A stretch of DNA of 64,000 nt from Utricularia gibba (lineage: Eukaryota > Plantae > Magnoliophyta): NCBI GenBank assembly GCA_002189035.1, contig NEEC01000013.1, positions 1,922,001-1,986,000 of the forward strand, in the 5' to 3' direction. Shown one piece after another: positions 1-11,985 of this stretch; the stretch's first letter is position 1, and every line of letters starts with the position of its first letter. Below the pieces are notes generated by a model. That model saw only the letters and a program-made list of their open reading frames with translations. It did no database searches and was not told the origin of the DNA. Position numbers and translations under genes: made by a program.

Positions 1-1586
1 AGATGTGTAAATAAGATAAATAATGAAATAGTAGAAATTGATGTGGTTGGGTTAATAGCGAAGTAAGTTTGTAATGTTTGATAAATAATTTTACAAGGAT
101 AAAAAAAAAAAGAAAATGAGAATTCAGTGATTCCCACGTACCATGCAATGACACATCATCATTATTACACAATGAACAAAAGATGCTGTGTCCGCTCGTA
201 CGGTCCACATCCTATCGCTTTTATGATGTCCATACCTTAAGTTAGGTAAACACACACAACTAACCGCCCTGCTTACTTATTACTCTCATTTATTCAAAAA
301 AAATTGGATGTGTATTTTGTTTCTATCTCAGACATTAAATTCATTTTTATTACAAAATGTCATCTTTTGAAATAATTCTAAGTTTTCACCACACCCAACA
401 AACACGAGTTAATTTGAAAAATACCCACTGTAATTTAACTATATGATAAAAGTATTCATCTTATGTTAAAAAAATAGTTTTAATGTATAAGAGATACTAG
501 TACAATAGATACTTTAATAAAAGACCCAACAAACATAGCATATGAGACTACTGGAGTACATGTGGTTGGTCATCCCGACCCGACCCGACCTCGTAAACAG
601 TGGCTGAGGTTGAAGTATTTTTTGAGAGGGATCCATTTGTAGGATTATTTTGAATTAAAAAAATAAATACTTATAGCTGGTTTGCAAATGCTTTTGTACT
701 TCAATAGGATTGGAGAAGGTAAAGGGACAGCCCCATGGATATTTATATGGGGAACATGGATGGTCATTGTCTCCTTCTCCCCTCCGTACATGGGTTGGTG
801 GCTATGGTTTTAAATAAGATATATTAATTGTAAATTTGAAAAAAAATGACATCAATGGAAAAGGTTTGTGATAGAAGTATGAATCTCACGTTGGTTACAG
901 ATGAATAAAAAATATAAAATTGAATAAAATGATTACGCAAATCTTACATGATATATTTTTTTCAACATGGTAAAAATTCTTAACATGAACTCCAAAGTTA
1001 AAAAGAATGTAAAATTATTAAGGTTGTATATTCAAAACAAATAATATTGTATAAATTGTAAAGATATTTTTGTTATGTTCAAATCGAATAATATTAAAAA
1101 TTAGTGTTTGGTAGTATTAGAGTGGGCGAAGTCCAATCCAATGGGCTCAATAAAGGCCCAAATGTGAAAGGTGGGGGAATGTGGGGCTAGATGGGCTCCG
1201 CCACGTGGTAGTTTTTTAATGGTAAAATATTTTAATAAAATAGTAATTGATACATTGATGGTTGGGAATTCATAAATTTGATAACATTTTAATAAAATTG
1301 ATTATCTTTAATATTAATTTTCTGTATTGATATTTAAATAAATTGAGTATCGATAAATTTATAAATCATCCAATGATATTTTACAATGTTGGAGGTGATA
1401 TCTGGTGCGGTAAACTCCAGCGAAGAACGGGTGCACCGTCGCTGTGACTGGAAACTGGAAGCATTTCGGTTACCGAGTCCCATCATTATTCTTCATTCTG
1501 CATGTATTCAAAGTGTCTGACTGTGCAAAGGCTGGACAGATTCATTCATGTCTCCGTACGATTCTGAATCCGGTGATCTTGTTTTT

Positions 1587-3899
1587 TCAGAGTTTCCCGT
1601 TCCGAGCGCACTCTTCGATCTCCGAGAAATCCAGGAATTCATCGAAACCGCTGCCCAGCAGAAACCTGTGAAAACACCGACAGTTTACAGCTTCTGATTT
1701 GAGGCGACGAAGAGTTCGAATCTGAATTCAACGCCGGGAGTTCAGTCGATCATACTTGTCTAAGAGAGATGAAGCCATGGCTTGGCAGCCGCCTCGGATC
1801 GTTGACTGCATGTTCACAGCAATATTCGGGTTGTGGATGCTCTGCCGGAGATGGATCCACCCGTACTCCCCATGCTCTGCATCTGAAACCTTGGCCCTGA
1901 ATTTCAAAACATGGGAATGCATACGCTGTGAACTTGAAAATCCATGAAACCCTCTTCACAAAACCCCAACTTGAATGGCTTACCTGTACATGTAGGCGTC
2001 GATGGGGGCGGGGGAGTCACCGGTGTCCACCAAGCAGCCTTCACTCACCCGACAGTCTCCGCAGGAGTCCATTTCCCATCCTTTCAGTGATCCTCCCTGC
2101 CGACAGCAATGCCTGAATAACGATGAATTTGCAATGAAATGTCTGTGATCATTGCTTTTACCTCCAAGAACAGCCTGAATCCTTCTATTATCTCCACTGC
2201 CCTGGTTTTGCTGAACTGGGGCTCGCAGACAATGTTCATCCTCAGTTCCGTAGACTCCAGAGGCTCCTCAAAGTCTTTTATCAAGCTTCCAATACCTTCC
2301 TCGATTCCTTGGAGCTTCATTCTTACCATTTCAATGATGATCTTCACCACTGTATATGCACCTGCAAGTTCCTCCCATTTCAGTAACGAGATTACAGATG
2401 CACATACAGTGTTCTATAGATTTACCATCATCGAGAAAGTGATTCTCCTTCAAGGCACCATGGCCAGAAGTTTCCATCATGAGATGTGTCTCAATTCCTT
2501 GCTCATTTAGCCTCACTCCTTTATCAATCACATTCCTGTATCCAACTCTGTACAAGCAGTGAGCTCCTCCTCTCTGTGTGATAAACTTTGTCAACCCAAC
2601 ACTTGTTCTAGCATCAGTCACTACACAGGTATTTGGATGCTCCTTCAAAACAATGGCTGCTACTAGAGCTATCAGTCTGTCGCCATTAATGGGGTTTCCC
2701 TCTTTATCCACCACACCACTCCGATCGACATCCGTGTCGAAAACAATGCCTAGACTAGCGTTGTGTTGAAGCACAGCCGATCGGGTAACGGCCATCGCCG
2801 TTTTGTCCTCCGGATTCGGCATATGGTTCGGAAACATCCCATCCGGGTTGAGATGGAGTGATCCAAATGTGTCGGCTCCTAGCCTGTCCAGTACGTCCCA
2901 AGTGAAGAACCCCCCTGATCCATTCCCAGCATTCACAATTATCTGCAGTTTTTGAGTTGAAATATCATATGAAAGCAACAAAAAATGAGATCTTTTCCTT
3001 GGTTTTTCGCAAAGTGAACCTGGAATCCCTGAAGAGGGGTGTCGTAGTGCTGGGGATGGTTCACTCCTTGCTTGATCACTTCTCGGAGATGCCTACTGTA
3101 GGCGCTCATGAAGTCGACCTTCAATGGCGGAATCCGAAGAGCAGTCGACACACTCGCGAAACGGTTCGCATATTTCAGTGCGGCTCTGTTACATATCTCC
3201 TCCACCTCCGGCGATGTCAGGCCGCCTTTCTTTGTAAAGAATTTCAAACCGTTGCGTGTGTACGGCAGGTGTGATGCGGTCATCTGTCACCAAGTTCTCT
3301 GTTTTTATAAGTTCTGTGCTTGGTACTCTACCTTATAAATGCTTTTGGTTTGTTTCTTTTGTTATACTCACCATGATCGAGGCATCGTACTCAAATGGCG
3401 ACAAAATGGTGCTCATGAAGCACGCCGGCGTAGTAGCCAGTCCCATATCGTAGACTTGGCAGCCGGCGCGGCCGAGTCCGGCGAACACCGCGGCGCTCAA
3501 CACGGCACCGGAAATCCTGGGATCCTTTCCGAAGGACACCCTCGGCACGGCATCTTTCGCCAATCCTGAACCCACCCACTCGCCGAAGCTCTCTGCGATG
3601 GCTTCCACGGCAGGTGGCGTCAGGTTCACCGACCGCCCTTTCTCCCCTTCCAGAGCCACCCCACGAACGTCGGATCCGTTCTGCAGCCGTCTGATCTTAT
3701 CCATCTCCTCATCTTCCACAAGTACAGCTTCATCTTGCCGGGCGGTTGTGGAATGAGACACCAAACGTACTGCAAGTTTAGTTGAAGAAAATGGAAGGAA
3801 TACAGCATTGTGAGGAGATGGCTTTGCGTTCGCAAAAAATGAAACTCTTGGTTTAAACTGCAGAAACTGGGCTGCCGTTGAAGACGAAGCAGCAGCCAT
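1587..3899 (-). CDS. Plastid phosphoglucomutase/phosphomannomutase-family (alpha-D-phosphohexomutase) protein, multi-exon
   Basis: Transit-peptide-like N-terminus, then RRLQNGSDVRG, GLATTPACFMS..DASIM, HMPNPED, VFDTDVDRSG, YRVGYRNVIDKG, ETSGHGALKENHFLDDG, WIHLRQSIHNPNIAVNMQS. Last exon (FLLGSGFDEFLDFSE...GKL*) read by hand after a CAG acceptor; stop TGA at 1587-1589. Confidence 0.9.
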
Positions 3900-4343
3900 T
3901 GGAATTGTGAATGGTCTCTGAACATCTTCCGCTCTTCTTCAGCCAAGCGATTAAGTAGATAAGATGGTGATATCAGTGGACGAGAATCCATAACTTGTTA
4001 CATGCAAATCAGACAGATATAACACATGTGGCAACCAAGTTCCCCATTTGCACGAAGATATTTTTGTCCCATTTCATCATCAAAACACTAACCTTCAGGT
4101 AACCCCGCTGCGCAAAATAACCTGCGCTCTCACCAAAATCTTACATGCTCCAAGTAGCATGTCGCTCTTCTTGCAGAATCAGGACAGCATTGTCCAAATA
4201 TCGCAAGAACAGGCCAAGAAAAGGAACAACAGTTGCACCAACAGTCACCCTTCTCATCTGAATCTGAATACAAAGCAGCATCAGGATGAATCAGCAAATG
4301 CGATCTGATGATGAAAACATCAAGATCGCTAGTTGATGCTTAA

Positions 4344-4429
4344 TGGGCCACACAATAACAGTTCATGGGCCGTAAACTGCAGATTCGGATAGCCCAATCC
4401 AGCCGTAACCCAAATATCTTTATTGGGCT
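4344..4429. promoter_or_regulatory. Cluster of four site II (TGGGCY, TCP-binding) elements upstream of the PGM-like gene
   Basis: TGGGCC 4344 and 4366, AGCCCA 4391, TGGGCT 4424, about 450-530 bp upstream of the ATG at 3899. Confidence 0.45.
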
Positions 4430-5281
4430 TTCTCCAAATCCGTAAACCTTTCCAATGTGAATATTTCTCACAATTAAAAAAATTTCATAAAATCAAATAA
4501 TCATAATTTACCTATTAAACACACAATCACAAATTAAGCTCTATGTTATAATTTATTTAAATTTCAAATAATTTACCAAATGTAATGACCTACTCTAAAA
4601 AAAAAATTGCTCATACAAAATTAAAGAATATATTTCTATATAAATTGTTTAATTATCCCATTTTTAATTGATAAGATTCGTCTAAAATCCTTAAACTTAT
4701 TTTTAGTTTGGTCTTTCCACTCCCTTTGGAAATTATGCATCCTCTATGAGGTTTGCCCCATCATTGATTATAAATTCGGGTTTAATTCTGATATAAAATA
4801 TATCAAAATAAATGATTTTTTTTTCAAGTATTTTTTTGATAAAAAATGTTAATAAACTATAAAATAAAAATTTTAAAAAATGAATTTCTCTTTCATCCTA
4901 AAAAAATATTTTTAAAAGAATAAAACCAAATATATCCTAATTTAATCAATTTTTAAGGTACGAGGGATGAAATTGCTAGCTTGAACATGATCTGCATCTG
5001 GAATATGACTAATTAGGATATGGCCCCCACAGTTTTGCAGGTTTAGGTAAATGGTCCCCTACTAATGATAAATTACTCAGTGGAACCCCAAATGTGAATC
5101 ATTTTCAAGTATGCAAAAACGAGAGCCTCTTATTGCTGTAAAATTAAAAAACACATCCACAAAGAAATAGAAATTCGAAATTTCACCCACTCCCCTATCA
5201 GGAATTCACCGCAGATCCAATCTGTATCAAGGACCTTCAGATTCCGGCGCCCGGCGCGCGTCGGGGCTGTGCAAATTTCGG

Positions 5282-7005
5282 TCAGTTCCTCGCGGAAGAG
5301 GCGTCGCTCATTGCCCAGGCGGTGGTGGAGATCAGTGGCCGAGAATGCCAACCCAACATCAAGCACCCGTTGTTCTCCTCTACACTGTATCCGTCGCCGC
5401 CGAAGACGGCGAGGAGCATAATCGCTTGTTTGTAGACATTGGAGCCCAGATGAACGGGTTGGAATCCGGCGGAATTGAAGCGGTTTCTCCATTGTATCAA
5501 CGACTCGTGTCTCTCAATTCGATCGGCGCCTTCACAAGCGACGACATTGAAAATCTGCTGCCCTAAATACGCCTCGCTCATCATCTTATTCTTACGGCTG
5601 AGCGCCACATCGGGGCCGCCGCCACCGTCGCAGGTTTCAAGAGAATCGAAGAGGGTGGAGTAGTAGTGCAGAGCTTCGGTGAAGCGGTCCAAGAAACAGC
5701 TACTGTTGTGGTTGGCCTCCTGCTCAACAACCGTCAAAATCTCCGGCTTCACTTCCCGGATGACTCGCAGAACCTTGTCGATCGCTCCAGGCTTCGCAAG
5801 CAATTGATGCAACTCGAAAATGGAGTTTACAGCTACAGTTTCATCTTCTCTGATATCCAACAGAAGGGCATCCAGATCAGCTAATGAATTCGCTACAAAA
5901 CCTCTGTATTCGAACTGAACATTGATGGTTTTGGCGAACTGGGCTAATCTGAATCCAACTTCGTGCAAATAATCGTTGTCATCCGGCGAGGGAGGACCGA
6001 TTCCGGTGAGACGGAAAGTGGGGGACCGCCCTGTCTGAAAGCTAGCGCTTGAAGAAGCGCTGGCCATTGCATCCCCTGCTTCATACTGAAATCAATGACA
6101 CGGACATGGCTTTTGCCTGCAAAAGCTTCAAGAATTGCTTGATTCGCAGTGAAATGAGCAAATTTGAGATATGGGCAAGTTTCGTAGAAGTGCATCTGCA
6201 ACATATCGGTGAAATGATAGTCCTGAGGCTGATGGTTCATGGGGTAGATTCTGTAAATTCTTCTAGCCAAAGCTTCTGCGAAATATGTGGCCACTTTTCG
6301 CATAGCTCCAGTTTGAGAAACGGCAAAGAAAGCGATGTTCTTCACCAACGCTTCTGCTAATTTGAAATTCTCCTCCTGCACAGCTTCTGCACACGCCATT
6401 AAAGTATGGACGAGCCTGATTCCATTTTCCTGAGAATCAATCAGGATCGACCGCCGGGGCGGCGAGGGCTCACCCCGCAACGTTTTCGCTTTCTTCGCCG
6501 GCGGCTGATGCTGATTCCTGCTCTCCGGCGAAGGTTGGTGAAACTGGGTATTAGCAAAAACAGCTTTTCCGGGTATAGCGATGAGATCCGACCCAAAATC
6601 AAGGTCAGCCGCTGCCAACCCCCGGTTGCTATCAGCGGCGGAAGATTCAAGAAAAAGATCCAGAGAGGAGTCGAAGTCGAGTTCCGGCAAAGGGCCGAGC
6701 CCAGAAAGCATATACTCAAGCCAGGAAGATAGATCCGAGGGATTACAATGAAGAGTATCATCCATAGAACCGAGCTGCGAATACCCACCAGCCGCGGCGT
6801 CCCCCATGGCCGCTTCAATCTGATGAATCTTCTGAGCCACATCCGCCATGTCCGATGCCCTGACCTTATACCCCAACACCCCGAAAAGCTCATCATCAAT
6901 CCCTCCCTCCTCCAACCCCCGCTGCCTCATCCTACCTTCATCCATGAAAGAAGAACTCCCAGAACCAGAAAAATTATCCTCGGAAACCAGATTCTCCCTC
7001 TTCAT
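5282..7005 (-). CDS. GAI: DELLA protein (GAI/RGA-like GRAS), intronless, split by a 1-bp deletion at G5 6020-6024
   Basis: [75 protein letters not shown] in ORF 5944-7005; frame continues in ORF 5282-6067 ([55 protein letters not shown]). One extra G restores GGPPTFRLTG. Confidence 0.93.
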
Positions 7006-7925
7006 CGCCCCTCCTCGGAACCAATAAAAAACGAAAACAGGATGAAATGGAATCAGAGCATTGGGTTAACGTGCTTAGGTATTCACAAAGTTACCCTCCG
7101 TCTCCGGGATTCCTCTGTTTGAGAAAGTGAGAGAAGATGGGGCACCGAGGGGTCAGTGCGTGGGCATCGCAGAGAAGAGTGTGCTGTTGGCGGGGCGGGG
7201 AAAGAGGTAATAATTACTAATGGTGGTACGAATCTATACAAAGAAAATTATCCACACCAAATTCAAGAACACAATATATTTATTTAATAAATAAACATGA
7301 AAAATAATATAAAATCATTGTACTTCTTGGTATTTTAAATACCATTATCTCACACAAATTATTAATTAATAATAAATTGCGCTATCAACAGTTTTATAAA
7401 GGTGAATAAGGAGTTTTTTGGTATTTTAGAGTTTATGGGGCGTGGAGGGAGGACACTTGCCAAAGCGCACAGATCGATGATAACGAGATTTCAGTTTCGG
7501 AACTGCCCCAGCAACAGGGGACAAATTGACCAAAGGACCCCCGCCAACCGCCGTCAACATCCCTCCGCTACCTCCGTTATTGATACTGCCCAACAGTTAA
7601 CGCCGTTGCACTCCCCGTCCGTTAGTGTGACGACTACCCTTTTTTATTAGAAATAAGAAATAAATAAATTATCCTTAAGTTAAATTATTAAATATATTAA
7701 TTAATTATATAAATCATATTCATTGATATCTCATAAATTATAATTTATCATATACTGAATATTCAATTCATCTTAATAGTTTATTATTTTATTTATTCCA
7801 AAAAATCCCACTTATTTCATGTTATTTAATATCAAAATAAGGGAAAAAAACTAAAATCACCATAAAGACTTTCCTAAACCTATTTAGAAAAATGACCAAA
7901 CTGCATTTATCTCTAATATACTATA

Positions 7926-8158
7926 GGAGTGTTCTGAAAAATTTTTAAAATCTATTTCTACTTTTCAAAAGTAAAACTAATATTGTTCTAAAATATTTTT
8001 AATTGTAAAAATAATTCTATCAAAAATATTTTTAAAATTATAACTACAAAAGTTATTTTTAAAAAAGTAAGGAGTTGATTAATTTTACTTTTTATTTCTA
8101 TTTTTCAAAAGTAATTTTGAAAAGTATAAACAGGTTTAAAAAATTTTCCAAAACACTG
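7926..8158. mobile_element. Possible MITE (imperfect terminal inverted repeats, AT-rich interior)
   Basis: Left end GGAGTGTTCTGAAAAATTTTT versus reverse complement of right end GCAGTGTTTGGAAAATTTTTT; no clean TSD seen. Confidence 0.4.
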
Positions 8159-8375
8159 CTTACGACTATTTTTTATATATACAATAGATATTAATTCTTG
8201 ACCCTTTTTTGTAATAAACCCATTTTTTCTCCATAATATTTACTATTTTTAAAAATATTATACCATGATAGGCTATGTTCTCCACATGAAGGCCGCTACA
8301 TGTCAAGTTGGGTAGACTATGTTCTAGTGTACCGAATGTGGTCTCGTGCGAGACTGTCACACGATGGACATTGAT

Positions 8376-8603
8376 GTGAATCTTGATTAAACTGTAACTT
8401 AATTTAAAAAAACATTAGTGGCAAAGGATGATTGTCTCATCTAGTGTTAATCAGCCACTATAATTGAGCATGAGTCCCATCAGCCTATCAGGTGACATGA
8501 CCACTTGAGTAATATCAACTTTTTTGTTGATAATGATGTATATTAATGACACACAATTATCTCCTACAGTCTCTAAACATGATTTAATGATCTCAAGATT
8601 CAC
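8376..8603. repeat. 11-bp perfect inverted repeat bounding a ~228 bp segment (MITE-like)
   Basis: GTGAATCTTGA at 8376-8386 and TCAAGATTCAC at 8593-8603; TTGAT lies just outside both ends (8371-8375, 8605-8609). Confidence 0.35.
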
Positions 8604-10383
8604 TTTGATTTCTTTTTTTTTTCTAGAAGTTATTTTAATAAAACAGAATTTGAATGTATAACATTTAAACTACCCTTTGGAGAATTAATTTTTGAGAATT
8701 ATTTATGAAAAATTAGAAACTATAGTTATGGAGATTATTAAATTTTTTAAAAAATTATTTTTATGTTTAATGATAAAATTATTTTTAAAATATGATTTAA
8801 TTATATTTGATAATAAAATTATTCTTGAAGTTTTTTTTTCCAATATTCATTATAAACATATACTATATCATTAAAACCTTTTTTTCTTTTATGAACTATT
8901 ATTTTTTACTTTTTTTAATAAATAAATTTTTTAAATAATCGATTACCGATAATTTTTAATAAATCAAATTTTAAAAAAATGGGATTAGCAAAAGCAGGGT
9001 AATGAAATCGATGAGCGAGATGGAAGAGGAGTTGGGATGGGGACCAGTCAATACAGTGGTGGAGGTGGATAAGGAAGGAGAAGAAAGCGGATGGAGGAGA
9101 AGAGTGGGGCTCAACTCAGAAAGGGATGCGTCAGTTCATCCAAACCCTACCTTTCGCTCAACAGTAATTCCAGAGAGATGAAAAAAGGGGGGAAATGGAA
9201 CAGAACCCGTAAGTTCAATTTTCTTTTTCTTTTTCTTTTAATGAAATCATGGATGCGGTGTCATCTCCTCCCGCTTTAATAAAATATATATATGCGCGGC
9301 ATATGTTCGACGTAATGCCTCAGAGAGATGCAGCCGTACGAGGAAATTGAGGATCATGATTGCAATTATGCCTTTCTTTTTATCTACAAAATAATTCATT
9401 GGTGGAGCACAAGAGCTGTTCGGCGTAATGGTTAACAGGGGAAAAGCCAGCCAGGGGTGGCGAGTAAAATGGTGGATCATGCATTTTATGAGAGTGTCAG
9501 ATTATTTCCATGGCGGGGAGAATGCAGCAGCAGCAGCATTGAAGAAGTCAGGGTTAAAAGCAGGGCCTTGATAAATCTACAGACTCGGCAGCAAAATCAG
9601 TGAATTTGGTGGAAAAGAGATATGTGAGCATAAAAATTGGGTAAGAAAAGTAAGAGCAGTAGAGCGTGTTAGCAGAAGAGAATTGAGGGGTCACTGAAAA
9701 CCACCTTTCCAAATAGGGAAATCTAAGCATCGATGATGTTGTCACGTGAAACGTGGGCCATCACCTTTGCAGGGGGAGACATGAAAATGATGGACATGAG
9801 AAAGAATTTATGGCGTTGAGAGGAACCACTGTGGTTTTTGGCTTAGGAAATTGAGGTGAAGAGCCAGGGAATACTGAAGCGTCTTGAAAATGGGTAAAGA
9901 AAAAATCTGAATGGGAAACTGTGGGTGGAAGGCGCTGCTGCTGCATCATTCAATACGTTGGTCAGCTCACTGTGTGTTTGGCCTGAAACATCTGCCACGA
10001 AATAGACATGTAGTGCAGTCAGTACTTAGCATGGAAATGGAAGGGTATTTGTGTTCATTGGGTTTCAATGGTGGATCAGTCAAAGCATTGTTGCATGTTC
10101 AATTGCCTAAAAGCTCTAGAAGAGACAGAGGAGCTGGGAAACCGTAGATTGCCACGGAACAAGGATCGTATTCAATCGAGCATTGCCTGGATATTGGGTC
10201 ACTCTGTGTTCAATATGTTCAGGAACTCCGGCCAAAAATGAGGCCTGTTCATGAAATACTACCAACAAGGCCGTTGAAATAATCTTAAATCTGGTATTTG
10301 TAGAAGACCATCAGGCAATCCTGGTCGTTGATCATGGACTAAACGTCGCCGGTGTTCTCCTTGCCGGAGCTGGTTCCAGCACC

Positions 10384-11388
10384 TTAGACTGTAGCCGCAG
10401 CGACTTCCGGGCCGTCCCAGTCAGCAGCAGACTTCTTCTCCATCATCATATGGCGTAGCACTCAGTAAGTACCCTGGATTCAATACCAGTTTATAAAATC
10501 AAGTAGATGATCCCTGAATGATCATAGCAGACGAGGGATGGTAGCTCTCCTTGCGTTTCTCCAGGAATCGGGCCATGAAAGCTTCACGGCCCCTGAGAGA
10601 AACGGCTGGCGGAACATTCGTGGAATCAATGGAGACGGGCTCGGTGGCCGGAGTTTGGAACACGGACACGGCACGACTTTTAGAGCTTCATTTCCAAGCC
10701 TTACATATGATCGGGCGTGACTTAAACTCCATGAAATTTGAAAAACTACAGAGAGACGAATGCTTGTGAAAAAATTAAGCTCACGGTGGAGAGAGATCTG
10801 TCTATCTGACTTATCCGGCGTGATTTCATCGTAAACGGTCATGGCTCCACCGTAGAATATGGTTAATTAAACATCTACTTTATATTCGTTCCCTTATTCT
10901 TCTTCAGGCAGTAACATATCGGAAGAAATCAGATTCATCCTCTTTGAAAAGTTTTATTTTTACACTTCACGCTTGTTCTGTTCCTCAGATTCCACAGATG
11001 AAAACCGGAGGGCCAAAGGTTGTTCTGAAACAGAGGCGGAGCTCCGGCCAAATCCTGCTGCGAACGGAGCAAACAGAAAATTGTCAACAAAACCCCATTT
11101 CCTCTACTACCCATCACACAAGATCGGTTTTTCTCAACTGGGCTTTAGCCAGACACACAGAATCAGAACAAATGAATTCTCAAGTTCAACAAAAAAAACC
11201 CACAACAGAAATCGCTGAAGTTAGCAGAATCGAAACCAGACGAGAAAAAGAAACCTCATTACATTGTGAAGTCAAGACAAACTTTCATTTCGAAAGCTTA
11301 CTAGAATCTTGAGAAGGTCCTTCGACGATCTCCTCATTGACTCTTCAACAGGCTTCTTGGAACTCAGACCCAAAAAGTCCCTCTCCGT
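10384..11388 (-). pseudogene. JAZ: JAZ/TIFY pseudogene (JAZ3/JAZ9-like)
   Basis: Exon 1 (ACG)ERDFLGLSSK = MERDFLGL start with ATG>ACG at 11386-11388; TIFY motif LTIFYGGAMTVYDEITPDK at 10810-10866; Jas motif REAFMARFLEKRKE at 10545-10590; last exon V-L-S-A-T-P-Y with a 4-bp TACT duplication (~10463-10470); four in-frame TAA stops and several frameshifts. Confidence 0.9.
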
Positions 11389-11985
11389 GTATCAGAAAAC
11401 CCGAAGGGGTGGTAGCTGGCGGAAATAAAAATAAAATATTATAAAAAATCATAAATTATTAATAATTGATTAAAACCAATATTTTTGAATATGATGTATA
11501 ATTATGTTTAACTTATGTATGTCCATCCGACTCATCGTTTCCTTAATTTCAATACTTAGAAAAACGATGCATAAAATAACACAGAATGAAGAAGAAACGC
11601 TTGTCTCATGTGTTATTAGAAAAAAAAAGTAGGTTTTACGGAACTACTTTTTTTAATTTTTTTTAAAAATGATGATATATGCATTATTTTACTATAAAAT
11701 ACGTCAGAATACAAATCATTCACATGGTGATGGTGCTTCACGCACAACGAGACAACGAGTGGAGCTTAGAGAGAGGGAACCAAAGAGGAAGAAAAAGAGA
11801 AGTTCCATCAATTTTGAACTGGAAACAGCTTCTCTGGCAGAACACCGATTCTGAAAATCGTCTTCAGTTTCGTTGATTCTTGGTGCTGATAGTCGTTGAT
11901 ACAGATTCCTTGTTCCTTACAATGGCGCCGGTTTTGGGAGGATTTTTATGCGAGTTATAACGGCAACTGAGCAGATCGGGCGGGG

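Noticed and set aside
6020-6024. Programmed ribosomal frameshift, or certain pseudogenisation, of DELLA
   Set aside because: The same +1 homopolymer fix is needed in five other conserved genes, and there is no slippery heptamer with downstream structure; assembly error is simpler.
6406-7122. Long antisense ORFs over DELLA, and similar ones over NPF8, WAT1, BBR and the AAA-ATPase
   Set aside because: Shadow ORFs of GC-rich coding strands with no domain features.
8376-8603. miR172 precursor (GAATCTTGA / TCAAGATTCAC resemble miR172 and its star)
   Set aside because: The rest of the mature sequence (TGATGCTGCA) is absent and the arm order is reversed.
9000-10380. Gene or miRNA hairpin between DELLA and the JAZ relic (inverted GCAGCAGCAGC / GCTGCTGCTGC at ~9525 and ~9935)
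   Set aside because: Only short ORFs, no recognisable domain, and the inverted match is a simple trinucleotide repeat.
10867-11388. RNA editing restoring the JAZ gene (ACG>AUG start, UAA>CAA)
   Set aside because: Such editing is organellar; this is a nuclear, intron-containing locus that also has frameshifts and a broken splice donor.
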